From a virus (taxonomy: Duplodnaviria; Caudoviricetes): 64,000 nt of DNA. Below are positions 1 to 10,093 of this stretch, piece after piece. The translations under genes and the position numbers were made by a program. How positions within the stretch are numbered: the stretch's first letter is position 1; every line of letters starts with the position of its first letter. The DNA is taken from positions 64,001 to 128,000 of IMG/VR virus record IMGVR_UViG_3300028048_001497. One strand, 5' to 3'. The notes under the pieces were generated by a model. It saw nothing but the letters and a program-made list of their open reading frames with translations, ran no database searches and was not told the DNA's origin.

Positions 1-12
1 GTTTCACAACAT

Positions 13-243
13 ATGGAAAATTTAGATGGTAGTGGTTATCCTAGTGGATTAGATGTCAACAATATCCATTTGTATTCCATTATGATACATTTATGCGATT
101 TTTATGATAGTTGTCGTATGAATGGCGATTCACATAATACTGCAACAACAAAGATTCGTAAGCAAACAGATGTTATGTTCCCAAAAAAGATGATTACACC
201 ATTTATTAAAATGCTCGTAACGGATGATTTAGACTTGTGGTGA
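13..243 (+). CDS. hypothetical protein (may extend beyond the window start)
   Basis: ORF track; no recognisable motif. Confidence 0.5.
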   Translation: MENLDGSGYPSGLDVNNIHLYSIMIHLCDFYDSCRMNGDSHNTATTKIRKQTDVMFPKKMITPFIKMLVTDDLDLW

Positions 244-247
244 TGAT

Positions 248-481
248 ATGACAGGAAAAATTATAGGTCATATGAAAAAATTAGGATATAGATATTTTAA
301 AGACCCATTAGGTCATTATTTTGATAAGGGAGATACACGTTTATCAGTAATGATGTCTGGACCAGTTTGGAATTGTTATTGTAATAAAATGATAAATGGT
401 CAATTTCAATTGCAGGATAAACAAATTAATCTTATTAATGATGATTTCGTTTATCGTTGGTTGTTATTACATATTAATTAA
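248..481 (+). CDS. hypothetical protein
   Basis: 77-aa ORF followed directly by a terminator hairpin. Confidence 0.7.
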   Translation: MTGKIIGHMKKLGYRYFKDPLGHYFDKGDTRLSVMMSGPVWNCYCNKMINGQFQLQDKQINLINDDFVYRWLLLHIN

Positions 482-483
482 CA

Positions 484-515
484 AAAAGGACGTATATTAA
501 ATTGTACGTCCTTTT
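484..515 (+). terminator. intrinsic terminator
   Basis: aaaaggacgta / tacgtcctttt inverted repeat. Confidence 0.75.
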
Positions 516-528
516 ATTTAATATGTAG
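515..528 (+). promoter_or_regulatory. putative phage late promoter TATTT-N6-TAG
   Basis: tattt aatatg tag; one of nine exact intergenic copies. Confidence 0.6.
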
Positions 529-554
529 AGAAATTATTGCGGAGGAAATAAATT

Positions 555-848
555 ATGTTAATAGATTTTAAAGTAGAAGAAGATGAATATGGATATTATG
601 TTGTAGCTTATCGTATGGTTGGTGGCGTAGAGATACAATTTAATACAAATAAAACATTGGCTATGACATTAAATCTATTACCAGAAGATATTAAATATTT
701 TTTGTTTGAACAGTATCATTCAGACGAAAAATCTAAAAACGATAGGATGCATTTTCAAGATTATGATTTGGCAGTTGATTGTGCAGATGGATTACGTGAT
801 TTAATTCCTAAAGCGATTGCAACAGGAAATTTGCATTTAGCAGAATAA
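555..848 (+). CDS. hypothetical protein
   Basis: GGAGG RBS at 541-545; 97-aa ORF. Confidence 0.8.
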   Translation: MLIDFKVEEDEYGYYVVAYRMVGGVEIQFNTNKTLAMTLNLLPEDIKYFLFEQYHSDEKSKNDRMHFQDYDLAVDCADGLRDLIPKAIATGNLHLAE

Positions 849-857
849 GGTGATAAA

Positions 858-3590
858 ATGGTAAATCGTGATATAGTATTCTCTTTTGATGAAAATAAAT
901 ATGAACACCTTATGGAAGATATAAAAGATGTTTGGGTCGCTAGGGAATATATATATAATTTTACATTTAATTTTACTGTTAATAATTTAGAAGCACCGAT
1001 TAATAATATTATTATTTATAAAAATGGTGAGGTTTATAAAGATTATAAAATTAATCAGCGTTCTAGCATTAAATATGAGATTAAAGATGATAACTGGTTG
1101 GGTTTTGGTAATTACAATTATGCAGTAGAATTAATTCTTGAAGGTGGAAGAACTTTTAAGAATGATTTTTATTTTAAAATTGTTTATTCAAATGTACTAG
1201 ATGATATAAAGGTAAGAAGTTTTTCAACATATGGTTTACATGAAAATTATTCTTATTTAGATATTATCCTAAATCTTCAAACAGAATATCAAATAGATAA
1301 AATCTTGCTTTATACGCATATATTACCATTAACTGAAATAGATGAACATAGCAGAATATCGAAAGAATCATTAACTAATAACCATTATGATAGTGTGGAT
1401 ATTAAATGGAGTTATTTAGGAACGATGGAAATAAAAGATTATCAATATTTTTATCGTCAGTTACTTTTTGATACCACACTAAAAGAAGTTAGAACTGTGT
1501 TATATAAAGCAGTAATTATAACCACAAATGGAATAACAAAACCTGTTATTATGTCCACTTTGATTCAACCAAATTCATTGTCGTTAAATCAAATATCATA
1601 TATAAATGCAGATACAGATGAACAATATGGCATATATGGCGGTATTGTTGGAAAAATTGATAACAATTTAGATAATAATGCAGATGTAAATTTGGTTAAT
1701 CCTGAATATAATGGTAAAATATTTGAAATGGTAATAGATAAACGAGATAAATATAAGAATTTTATTGAAATAAAAGTAGACAATTATCTATTCCATGCAG
1801 AAAAATTTTCTACAGAATATTTAAGAAAAAAGTTTAGAAAACACGCAACCAATAAAAATCCAAACTCTTTTGTATTTAAAGGAAAAGGAATTATTACTAA
1901 AGTAATTGATGAATATAGGAATATTGTTCACAAAGATACATGTACATTCGTTATTTCGTTGTATTGTGGTGATGATATATTTACTTCTTTTACAATTCAA
2001 CCACAACATGATAATACATTGGCTTTAAGCACAAGAAAAACAGGAAATAGTATCGTTAAGTATAGTAAAGATAAAACAAATATTACATTTGATTCAACGT
2101 ATATAGATAAAACAGTTGATGCAGATGCTTTAACAGGGTATTTTACTTTGAATAAAAAGAAAAATGAGTTGACATTTAATTATCCAACATCAGACTATAC
2201 TTCAGAAACAATACCGTCTATATCAAAAATGCCTGTTCCAATTGGCACGCTTAACGAAAAATATTTTCAATACGATTATGTAACATATAATGATACGTAT
2301 TTCTTCTTTGTTGATTTTGATGAATTTGGAATACATTTAGTTCAATATGATGGAATTAATTATGATAAGTTCGATTATGACGTTCGTTTAACAGAGGAAA
2401 CGCTACAATATGTACGTACACATGATATTGGTTGCTTTGACAAAAAAGATAATCTAACATTAAAATTTTTAAATTTTGATGGGAAAAGCATATTGCAGAA
2501 AGTTATGGTAGAGAATTATGAACTATCTGTTATTAATTGTAATGATATGGTAACAAACATTTATGGTTCTTTAAGAACAAAACTTGTTGCATATATACAA
2601 GATATACCAGATATAATTGTTGATGGAGTTACATATGAATTAAAATACAATACAAAGTCTGCTTATAAAACGATTAGCTATGGCTTTGTTGATATGGGTT
2701 ATACAGATTTTAATTTGAAATTTTCTGCGCAAATGTTTTCATATAAAATAAAAATTCCAATTATTGCTAAATTTAATAATTCAAGTACAAATGTTAATGT
2801 TAGATTTAATGCAGATATGGAAGTTACTTGTAGGGAAGATTGTTTAATATATGATGATAATTTTTCTGAAGGAAATCCGAGATATGATATAGATATAGAC
2901 AATGTAAATGTTACATATCATGCGAAGGATAATGGATTGAATTTAATTCCGCAGACAGGTTATGAAAGTCTGAATGATAGATTTTTTGTTAAAGTTTCAA
3001 AACCGTATAAAACAAAGTCAATAGATGACTATGCAATTTTTAGAAATTGTAATTTATATTATGGGAGTATAAATTTATATGCTCCAAAACCACAAGATTT
3101 TTATGGTAATACAGATAAAAGAACATCATTTACATATAAAGATTTGTGTAGAGCGAGAGTATATGAAATTAACGAAAATATTTATATTATATTGAATCGT
3201 GTGAACGGTAAATTAATTAGAACGACTGTAAATGTGCTATTGAAAAAACAAATAGGACAAGAAATTATAGATACAGATGTATATTATAATGATTTGTATA
3301 CTTATTCTCAAAAGCAGTTACAATCATTTGATATGTTACTAAGTAAAGCATATTTGTACGATACAGTTGAAAGAGACATGTATATATTTTCAATAAGCGA
3401 TTTTGATAAGTTGTATTGCGGTGGCTATGATAATGTATATCATCAAATGCAATCCATTACAAGTCTTAGTGGAATTGTTAATGATGATAGAAAAGGATAT
3501 GCATTTAAATATTCATATCAATATCCGTTAAATATTAAAAATAGAAATCTGTATTTAAATGATATGGTGATTAACGAAAAAGGTGAATAA
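858..3590 (+). CDS. large hypothetical protein, possibly virion-associated
   Basis: 910-aa ORF, AAGGTGA RBS, beta-rich composition, downstream of late-promoter motif. Confidence 0.75.
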   Translation: MVNRDIVFSFDENKYEHLMEDIKDVWVAREYIYNFTFNFTVNNLEAPINNIIIYKNGEVYKDYKINQRSSIKYEIKDDNWLGFGNYNYAVELILEGGRTFKNDFYFKIVYSNVLDDIKVRSFSTYGLHENYSYLDIILNLQTEYQIDKILLYTHILPLTEIDEHSRISKESLTNNHYDSVDIKWSYLGTMEIKDYQYFYRQLLFDTTLKEVRTVLYKAVIITTNGITKPVIMSTLIQPNSLSLNQISYINADTDEQYGIYGGIVGKIDNNLDNNADVNLVNPEYNGKIFEMVIDKRDKYKNFIEIKVDNYLFHAEKFSTEYLRKKFRKHATNKNPNSFVFKGKGIITKVIDEYRNIVHKDTCTFVISLYCGDDIFTSFTIQPQHDNTLALSTRKTGNSIVKYSKDKTNITFDSTYIDKTVDADALTGYFTLNKKKNELTFNYPTSDYTSETIPSISKMPVPIGTLNEKYFQYDYVTYNDTYFFFVDFDEFGIHLVQYDGINYDKFDYDVRLTEETLQYVRTHDIGCFDKKDNLTLKFLNFDGKSILQKVMVENYELSVINCNDMVTNIYGSLRTKLVAYIQDIPDIIVDGVTYELKYNTKSAYKTISYGFVDMGYTDFNLKFSAQMFSYKIKIPIIAKFNNSSTNVNVRFNADMEVTCREDCLIYDDNFSEGNPRYDIDIDNVNVTYHAKDNGLNLIPQTGYESLNDRFFVKVSKPYKTKSIDDYAIFRNCNLYYGSINLYAPKPQDFYGNTDKRTSFTYKDLCRARVYEINENIYIILNRVNGKLIRTTVNVLLKKQIGQEIIDTDVYYNDLYTYSQKQLQSFDMLLSKAYLYDTVERDMYIFSISDFDKLYCGGYDNVYHQMQSITSLSGIVNDDRKGYAFKYSYQYPLNIKNRNLYLNDMVINEKGE

Positions 3591-3593
3591 AAA

Positions 3594-3628
3594 TAAAAAG
3601 TAGTATAATATAAATATACTACTTTTTA
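3594..3628. terminator. hairpin / intrinsic terminator
   Basis: taaaaagtagtata / tatactacttttta inverted repeat. Confidence 0.65.
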
Positions 3629-3643
3629 TGGAGCGAAAATATA

Positions 3644-4696
3644 ATGAAACATGTTTTACAAATTCATATGACAAATCAATGTAATTTGAAATGTCCATAT
3701 TGTTATATTCATCAGAATGATAAAAAAATAAGTTTGGATGGATTAAAAAAACAAATTGAGCATATACAAGAATTATCTTTGAGAATTGATGAATTTTTTG
3801 ATGGTGAATATGATGTAACATATTTTGGAGGAGAACCGTTAATTGAATATAACAATATTTTGTTGTTTGATAAATATTTAAAAGAAAATTTAAATATTGT
3901 ACATAGTTTTATTCAAACAAATGGCATTTTATTAAATCAAAATATAAAAAATGAATTAGGCAAAAGAAATATTCATGTTGGGATTAGTTGTGATGGTTGT
4001 GATGATAAGAATCATAAATACATAGAACAATTATATAAAAATAAAATTGTTGAAATGAATCCAAAAATGATGGTAAGTAATTATAATGTATCTGATTTGA
4101 TGAAGAATATTGTCTATTTTTATAAATTGGCTATGAATAATCAAATAGATAATTTTTATATAGATGTATCGTTTGTTAAAGATAACATTTGGGATGAAAA
4201 ATCATTAGGTATATTAAAACAACAATTGAATAGTTTGTATGATTTTATTGTTATGAATTATGACAGTTATCATAGATGGATTTATATAGGATTTGTAGAG
4301 AAGATATTGCAAAATATAAAGAATGGAAAAAGAAATTATGTTTGTTTTGCTGGCAGTAGTGGTTTTAGTTTAACTCCTGAAGGTATTATTTATCCTTGTT
4401 CTAGGTTTTATACAAATCATGAATATCCATTGTTTGATAGTAATAAAAATTTATTTTTTGAAGATAATATACAATTTATAAAATCTATGAATACAACAGT
4501 TGATGATAAATGTAATAAATGTGTTTTGAATCAATTTTGTAATCATGGATGTTTATATTCCCAAATTAAAAATGATGGAATTGTAGATGGATATTGCGAA
4601 GTATTAAAAATGTGTTTTCATATGGTAACAGATTTATATAAATATATGAAAAATAAATACAATATAAATATATTAGAAAGGGTGAATGGTAATTGA
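3644..4696 (+). CDS. radical SAM/SPASM domain protein
   Basis: CNLKCPYC (CxxxCxxC), FGGEP, QTNG; SPASM CFAG...GIIYPC...CNKC...CNHGC. Confidence 0.92.
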   Translation: MKHVLQIHMTNQCNLKCPYCYIHQNDKKISLDGLKKQIEHIQELSLRIDEFFDGEYDVTYFGGEPLIEYNNILLFDKYLKENLNIVHSFIQTNGILLNQNIKNELGKRNIHVGISCDGCDDKNHKYIEQLYKNKIVEMNPKMMVSNYNVSDLMKNIVYFYKLAMNNQIDNFYIDVSFVKDNIWDEKSLGILKQQLNSLYDFIVMNYDSYHRWIYIGFVEKILQNIKNGKRNYVCFAGSSGFSLTPEGIIYPCSRFYTNHEYPLFDSNKNLFFEDNIQFIKSMNTTVDDKCNKCVLNQFCNHGCLYSQIKNDGIVDGYCEVLKMCFHMVTDLYKYMKNKYNINILERVNGN

Positions 4697-5757
4697 GAAC
4701 ACCAATGGCGGTTTCTATTAATATGGGAAGTGCTTGTAATTTTCGTTGCAAATATTGTTTTGAAGTAAAAAATGGTGCAGTAGAAAAGAATGAAAGTATT
4801 CCTGAAAAAGTATTTAATCGAATTTTAGATGTTTTACATGAATTGGCAGATATAAATGATTTGCGAATTGAATTTTGGGGTGGAGAACCAACAGTATATT
4901 TTAAAGATATAAAACGAATTATATCAGAATTTTATGATAATGAAAATGTAAATTTCTTTATGTATACAAATGGTTCATTGGTACAATCGTTCAAAGATGA
5001 TTTGCTTGGAATAAAAAGTCATGTTAATGATAGGCTTCAAATACAAGTATCATATGACTATCAAAATATAGAAAACAATCAACGTTTGCAATTAAATCAT
5101 AGCATTGAAGAAACAGATAAAATGGTTCGAGAAGCAATTAAATGGTTGGATAAAAATAATTTTCATTTTGGTACAAAGTCAACATGTACAATGAAAGATT
5201 TGGAAGAACATTTATTTGAACAATATTTGAACTATGAGGATTTAAATAGGGAATTGAAACATAAAATTCCATTTGCTTTAACTCCTGATACATTAAATGT
5301 TGGTGATATTGATTATGATAAAATGAATTGTCAATTTGTAAAACTAATTCGCTATTTTTTAAAGAATAAAGAGTATGGACAAACAGGTTTTTTGTGGTTT
5401 GACCAGCCAAATAGTAATGCGGATTGTTCTGGTGGACATAATTCATTTCAAATAGATACAAATGGTGATGTATCATATTGTCATGGATGTTTGTATGGGA
5501 AAAAAGATTTAGTATATACAAATATTTTTGAAGATAATTTTTTGCATAAAGTAGATTGTAACTATTTAGTTGCAAATAATATGTTTAAAAAGAATGAACA
5601 ATGTTCAAAATGTGAATCGTTGTTTTGCTTTAGATGTAATGCAATAAATAGCAAAGGCAAAAAGGAAAATTGGAACAAGTCAAATAATCCTAAAGTTTGT
5701 AAGTTGTATAATAAAATCTCTGATTACATTAGAGCTTATTTTAAGCTAACTCATTGA
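4693..5757 (+). CDS. radical SAM/SPASM domain protein
   Basis: CNFRCKYC, WGGEP, YTNG; SPASM CSGG...GDVSYCHGC...CSKC...CFRC; start overlaps the upstream stop. Confidence 0.92.
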   Translation: MRTPMAVSINMGSACNFRCKYCFEVKNGAVEKNESIPEKVFNRILDVLHELADINDLRIEFWGGEPTVYFKDIKRIISEFYDNENVNFFMYTNGSLVQSFKDDLLGIKSHVNDRLQIQVSYDYQNIENNQRLQLNHSIEETDKMVREAIKWLDKNNFHFGTKSTCTMKDLEEHLFEQYLNYEDLNRELKHKIPFALTPDTLNVGDIDYDKMNCQFVKLIRYFLKNKEYGQTGFLWFDQPNSNADCSGGHNSFQIDTNGDVSYCHGCLYGKKDLVYTNIFEDNFLHKVDCNYLVANNMFKKNEQCSKCESLFCFRCNAINSKGKKENWNKSNNPKVCKLYNKISDYIRAYFKLTH

Positions 5758-5771
5758 TATTTATTATATAG
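5758..5771 (+). promoter_or_regulatory. putative phage late promoter TATTT-N6-TAG
   Basis: tattt attata tag. Confidence 0.55.
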
Positions 5772-5829
5772 TAGTATGAAAATTTTTAAATTTTTAATAT
5801 AAAAATAATTATTAATGGAGTTGATATAG

Positions 5830-7242
5830 ATGTCTGAAGTACAAACTATGGATAAATACGTAGAAGGATTTTATCAGATTATTAAAGATTCGGACGTAGT
5901 TGGTGGAACATCCAGATTTCCAATTTGTAAACCATATCAAAGTGAAGATGGAGCTATTGGTGATAAAAACCATGTTTTTTCTACAAGTGTATGGAATGAT
6001 TTTGGCGATTCTGAAAAGAATTGGTTATCTGCAAATAACTATCAAAATCGCTCTACGAAATTACGTGAAGATTTTACAGATAATCCAATAACAAATAATG
6101 AATGGAACGCATTACTTGTTAAAATACGTGAAGAATTTATGATACGTAATAATTTCTTGTCAAATTATGGTAGTTTAAAACCACGTATTAATAACATGTA
6201 TATACAGAATGGTCATCAGGGGTATTTTGCAACAGGTGATACAATTAGGCAAGATGATATATCACGTATCTTTGATGATATATTAACATTGTTGAGTATT
6301 GAAGTTCCTTCTGTTGCGCGGTCAGGAAGTTCGGTTAATAACCGTTTACCATTAAATACTTTATCTTCGGATGTTGCAAAAACAATAGATGTAGCACAAT
6401 CAAATGGGTCATATACAAAAGTAAAAGTTGAACCACACAACGTAGATTTTGCACAACTAGCTTATAATTTAAATGCTTATGATATAAACGAAGGTTCTCA
6501 TAAAGGAAATAACTGGTTTACTGGTTCACATATGCGTGAATATGTATATCGTCATTCAGGTATTAGAACGGAAGAAACAAGTTCTGTCGATGGTACAGTA
6601 AATAATGGTATTGTTCCTACACATGAACCAACAGATTTGACAACAAGTACAACATACGGTTATGCTGAAGAACCCCCTAGAAATAATAGTACTAGTTCTC
6701 AATTAATTACACATCGTAGACCATTTGGTAATATTGATTATGTAAAATTGGTAAAAGATGGTTCTTTGAAAAAGCCAATTATTGATGGCGATGGATATGT
6801 TGTTTCTGATGAATATATGGAAATGGTGCATACTCGTTGGGCATTTTTGGGTTCAGTTGCCAATGCAGGAAAAATTAGTCCAATGTATGTAAAACATATT
6901 ATAGGGACAAGAGAAATAGTTGTTAAAGATAAAGACGGAAATGTTATGAAAGATACATATGGCAATCCAATTAAACAAATAGAAACAAAAGATTTTTCTG
7001 CTGATACTAACATAACAGTTCCAGACTTCTGTAAGAATCCATTATCAATTACGCATGGAGAATATACATTAAATATAGCTGCATCTAATGTTGCTACATA
7101 TTTTATGAAAGTTATGAATTTAATTTCATCTAAATGTGTATGTAATTGCAACTTTTGTTCTTGCTTTGGTCATGAAGCTGCGTGTGCTTGCTATGTTGTA
7201 AAAGTAACAGGTTGGTGCTATACATATCAGTATATTCTTTAA
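5830..7242 (+). CDS. putative virion protein with Cys-rich C-terminus (candidate radical SAM substrate)
   Basis: ends ...KCVCNCNFCSCFGHEAACACYVVKVTGWCYTYQYIL; follows the rSAM/SPASM pair. Confidence 0.6.
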   Translation: MSEVQTMDKYVEGFYQIIKDSDVVGGTSRFPICKPYQSEDGAIGDKNHVFSTSVWNDFGDSEKNWLSANNYQNRSTKLREDFTDNPITNNEWNALLVKIREEFMIRNNFLSNYGSLKPRINNMYIQNGHQGYFATGDTIRQDDISRIFDDILTLLSIEVPSVARSGSSVNNRLPLNTLSSDVAKTIDVAQSNGSYTKVKVEPHNVDFAQLAYNLNAYDINEGSHKGNNWFTGSHMREYVYRHSGIRTEETSSVDGTVNNGIVPTHEPTDLTTSTTYGYAEEPPRNNSTSSQLITHRRPFGNIDYVKLVKDGSLKKPIIDGDGYVVSDEYMEMVHTRWAFLGSVANAGKISPMYVKHIIGTREIVVKDKDGNVMKDTYGNPIKQIETKDFSADTNITVPDFCKNPLSITHGEYTLNIAASNVATYFMKVMNLISSKCVCNCNFCSCFGHEAACACYVVKVTGWCYTYQYIL

Positions 7243-7260
7243 TGGAAAGGAATTTTAACT

Positions 7261-7530
7261 TTGTTAAAAGAACAAACAAAAGAAGAAAGACAAAAAATGA
7301 TGGAATTTATGCTAACAGAACATAAATTCCTAGAATTAAACAGACAAATGATTTATCCTATAGATAAAGTTGCATATCAAGCAATTAATAATATTTTATC
7401 TATGTCAATGATTAGTATGGGAAGAAAATACGGACTTGACTATGATGAAAATGTTCAACTAAAAGAAGAAAAACAAGATAAAAATATAGATAGTATTATT
7501 GATGAAATAAATAAGGGGACAGAAGAATAA
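7261..7530 (+). CDS. hypothetical protein
   Basis: GGAAAGGA RBS, TTG start, coupled to the next gene. Confidence 0.75.
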   Translation: MLKEQTKEERQKMMEFMLTEHKFLELNRQMIYPIDKVAYQAINNILSMSMISMGRKYGLDYDENVQLKEEKQDKNIDSIIDEINKGTEE

Positions 7531-8165
7531 TGGCAACAATGAATTTTTATAGCAAACTTCTTGAACAGAGTGATAAGAAATTTTTAATTGAGCCTTTTGA
7601 AAAATTAGATGTAGAGCCAATTTTGCTAGACACAAAAGATTATGTTTGGCTTACTCCTGATGCATATACTTATGTAAAAACAAAATTGGATATTGAGCAT
7701 CGTGAACCACAGATGAAAATTTATATTACAGGAGAAGTTGACCCGAATAAAGCATATGATGTTTCGGATTTACAAGAGGTAGAACGTGTTCAAGAAGAAA
7801 CTGATGAAGATGTACTAGATGCTTATAAAGAAAAAACATTACGTTTGATTAATGAACAAATTAGTAATCAATTAATGATTTCAAATTTTGAATTATATCA
7901 TTTCTTTAAATTAAATCATTATTTGGAATCAAAAGGTTTCTTTATTACAGATGAAAATCGTGAAGAAAAATATTTGGAAGTAATTAATAGCGGTGATACA
8001 GAAGCATTAGAAAAACTTTCAGAATATCTTGATTCACTTGATGATTTTAATGCTATAGATGCAACTTATATGAAATATAAGGAATATAAGAACAAAATTA
8101 AGGCAGCAAAAACTAAAGAGGAAATTAGTGATGCATATTATGAATTGTCAGGGAAACTGTTTTAA
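7530..8165 (+). CDS. hypothetical acidic protein, possibly tail-fibre assembly chaperone-like
   Basis: C-terminal KIKAAKTKEEI resembles the ends of DUF4376-type tail-fibre chaperones. Confidence 0.5.
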   Translation: MATMNFYSKLLEQSDKKFLIEPFEKLDVEPILLDTKDYVWLTPDAYTYVKTKLDIEHREPQMKIYITGEVDPNKAYDVSDLQEVERVQEETDEDVLDAYKEKTLRLINEQISNQLMISNFELYHFFKLNHYLESKGFFITDENREEKYLEVINSGDTEALEKLSEYLDSLDDFNAIDATYMKYKEYKNKIKAAKTKEEISDAYYELSGKLF

Positions 8166-8967
8166 TATAGTTTATATGACAAATCAATCATATTTATTCC
8201 AAACATATGTTTCTATGAAATCACTAAAATATAATAAACATCGTGACATTTGTTACGATGTTTATTTATTATGTATTGAATTTAGAGATATAGGAAAAAT
8301 AAAAGAATTAGATAGTGATGATTTTCATATAAAACCAATTTTTATAGATAAAAACATATTTAAGACTGAAAATAATGCCGGTGTTGTTTATTATAAACTG
8401 TTGTTACATGAACTGTTGGATTGCGATTTTGTTTTTCATATAGATTCTGATACAATCGTAATAAAAGATATATCAGATGTTTTCAAAATAAATATAAATG
8501 ATTATTTTTGTGGTGCAGTTCGTGACAAGATAAATGGATTTTCTTATTTTAATGCAGGGAATGTATTATTCAATTTAAAGAAAATACGAGAAAAGATAAT
8601 AGATAAAGATAAGACAATGTATGTTTATTATGAAGAGTTGAATAATGAGTTGAAAGATAATAAAGGCTTTTTATGGGAACAAGATATTATGAATAAAGCG
8701 TTTAAAAATTATATTAAATATATTGATTATGGGTATAATTTTTTGGCTAATACATATAGCAAATATAAATTTAATGAGTTGGTTCGTTTATATGGAGAAC
8801 CAATTAAATCAGACAATATTAAAATAATTCATTTTGCTAGTAACCCTAAACCTTGGAAAAAAAGTTCATTGTTTGGTGAAATTTGGAAAATGTATGCAGA
8901 AAATAGAATAGATAAAGAATATGAAAATAAAATTTTAAGGATGGCTTGTCGTGAATACAAAAAATGA
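8128..8967 (+). CDS. glycosyltransferase family 8
   Basis: HIDSD (DxD), YFNAGNVLFNL, EQDIMN, IIHFASNPKPW. Confidence 0.92.
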   Translation: MMHIMNCQGNCFNIVYMTNQSYLFQTYVSMKSLKYNKHRDICYDVYLLCIEFRDIGKIKELDSDDFHIKPIFIDKNIFKTENNAGVVYYKLLLHELLDCDFVFHIDSDTIVIKDISDVFKININDYFCGAVRDKINGFSYFNAGNVLFNLKKIREKIIDKDKTMYVYYEELNNELKDNKGFLWEQDIMNKAFKNYIKYIDYGYNFLANTYSKYKFNELVRLYGEPIKSDNIKIIHFASNPKPWKKSSLFGEIWKMYAENRIDKEYENKILRMACREYKK

Positions 8968-10093
8968 TATGTTTATGATGCAATTTTTGTTAGGTAATAA
9001 ATTTGATAAATTAAAACCAAATAATGATACAATTATTGTGACAAATAGCATGGGTCGTAGAGAAGCACATAGTTATTTGTGGGGAGCAGAAAGATATACA
9101 TTAAAAATTTGTACAGAGTTATCAAAAAAATATAAAGTTCATTTGTTTATAGCTGGTGGAAAATTTTTAGATATTCATAATGTTACAATCCATCCAAATA
9201 TAGTTGCTTATTTATCTCGTGGAACAATTAATGATTATGCAATTAAAATTAGAAATTTAAATCCTAAGTGCATTTTTTGTAATGCTAGTTGTGGACAGGA
9301 TGCGTTATTTTGGACAATTATATCTAAAGTTTCAAAAGTACCTATAATTATGTTTTTTCATAATGAGCCTGAATTTATGAAAGATACAATTTCGCATATA
9401 TTAGCTATGGATTATATTAAAAATCAGGATATAATGAAATCAGGAGAAAGATTATATGATGTTGTATTAAAATATTGTGATAGATTAGCGTTTTTATTAC
9501 CACAATATATAGATGAAAGATATAAAAACAAATCATATGTTTTTTATAATTGTATAGATATTCCTAAAAATGTAGATATTATTAAAAAAAGAAAAAATGT
9601 TTTATATGTTGGAAGAATAAATTCAGATACAAAACGAACACAAATTTTATTGGATTGGATAAAAAATACAAAATATGATTGTGATGTTGTTGGATATAGT
9701 TATCATGGATATGGATATATAAACATGGATGAATATAAATTTAGTAATATTCATTATTTTGGTTATCAAGAAGATGTATCTAGGTTTTATAAAAATGCGA
9801 ATGTATTGGTAATTCCATCAAGATATGAAGGATTGCCAACAGTTATGATAGAAGCATTATCATATGGTGTGCCAATTATAGGATTTAAAGAATGTAAGGT
9901 TATGAATTATCTTATTAAAGATGGATATAATGGATGGTTAGTGGATGATAATTTTTCTGATGTTATGAATTATGTATTATCTATAAATGATATGATTAAT
10001 ATTCGACAAAATTGTTTGCAAGAAGCTAAAAAATATGATATTCATAATATTATGAAAAAAATAAATGAATGTATTGAGAGTGTTGCAGAATGA
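8951..10093 (+). CDS. glycosyltransferase family 4 (GT-B)
   Basis: GAER, LYVGRI, PSRYEGLPTVMIEALSYGVP. Confidence 0.92.
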   Translation: MNTKNDMFMMQFLLGNKFDKLKPNNDTIIVTNSMGRREAHSYLWGAERYTLKICTELSKKYKVHLFIAGGKFLDIHNVTIHPNIVAYLSRGTINDYAIKIRNLNPKCIFCNASCGQDALFWTIISKVSKVPIIMFFHNEPEFMKDTISHILAMDYIKNQDIMKSGERLYDVVLKYCDRLAFLLPQYIDERYKNKSYVFYNCIDIPKNVDIIKKRKNVLYVGRINSDTKRTQILLDWIKNTKYDCDVVGYSYHGYGYINMDEYKFSNIHYFGYQEDVSRFYKNANVLVIPSRYEGLPTVMIEALSYGVPIIGFKECKVMNYLIKDGYNGWLVDDNFSDVMNYVLSINDMINIRQNCLQEAKKYDIHNIMKKINECIESVAE

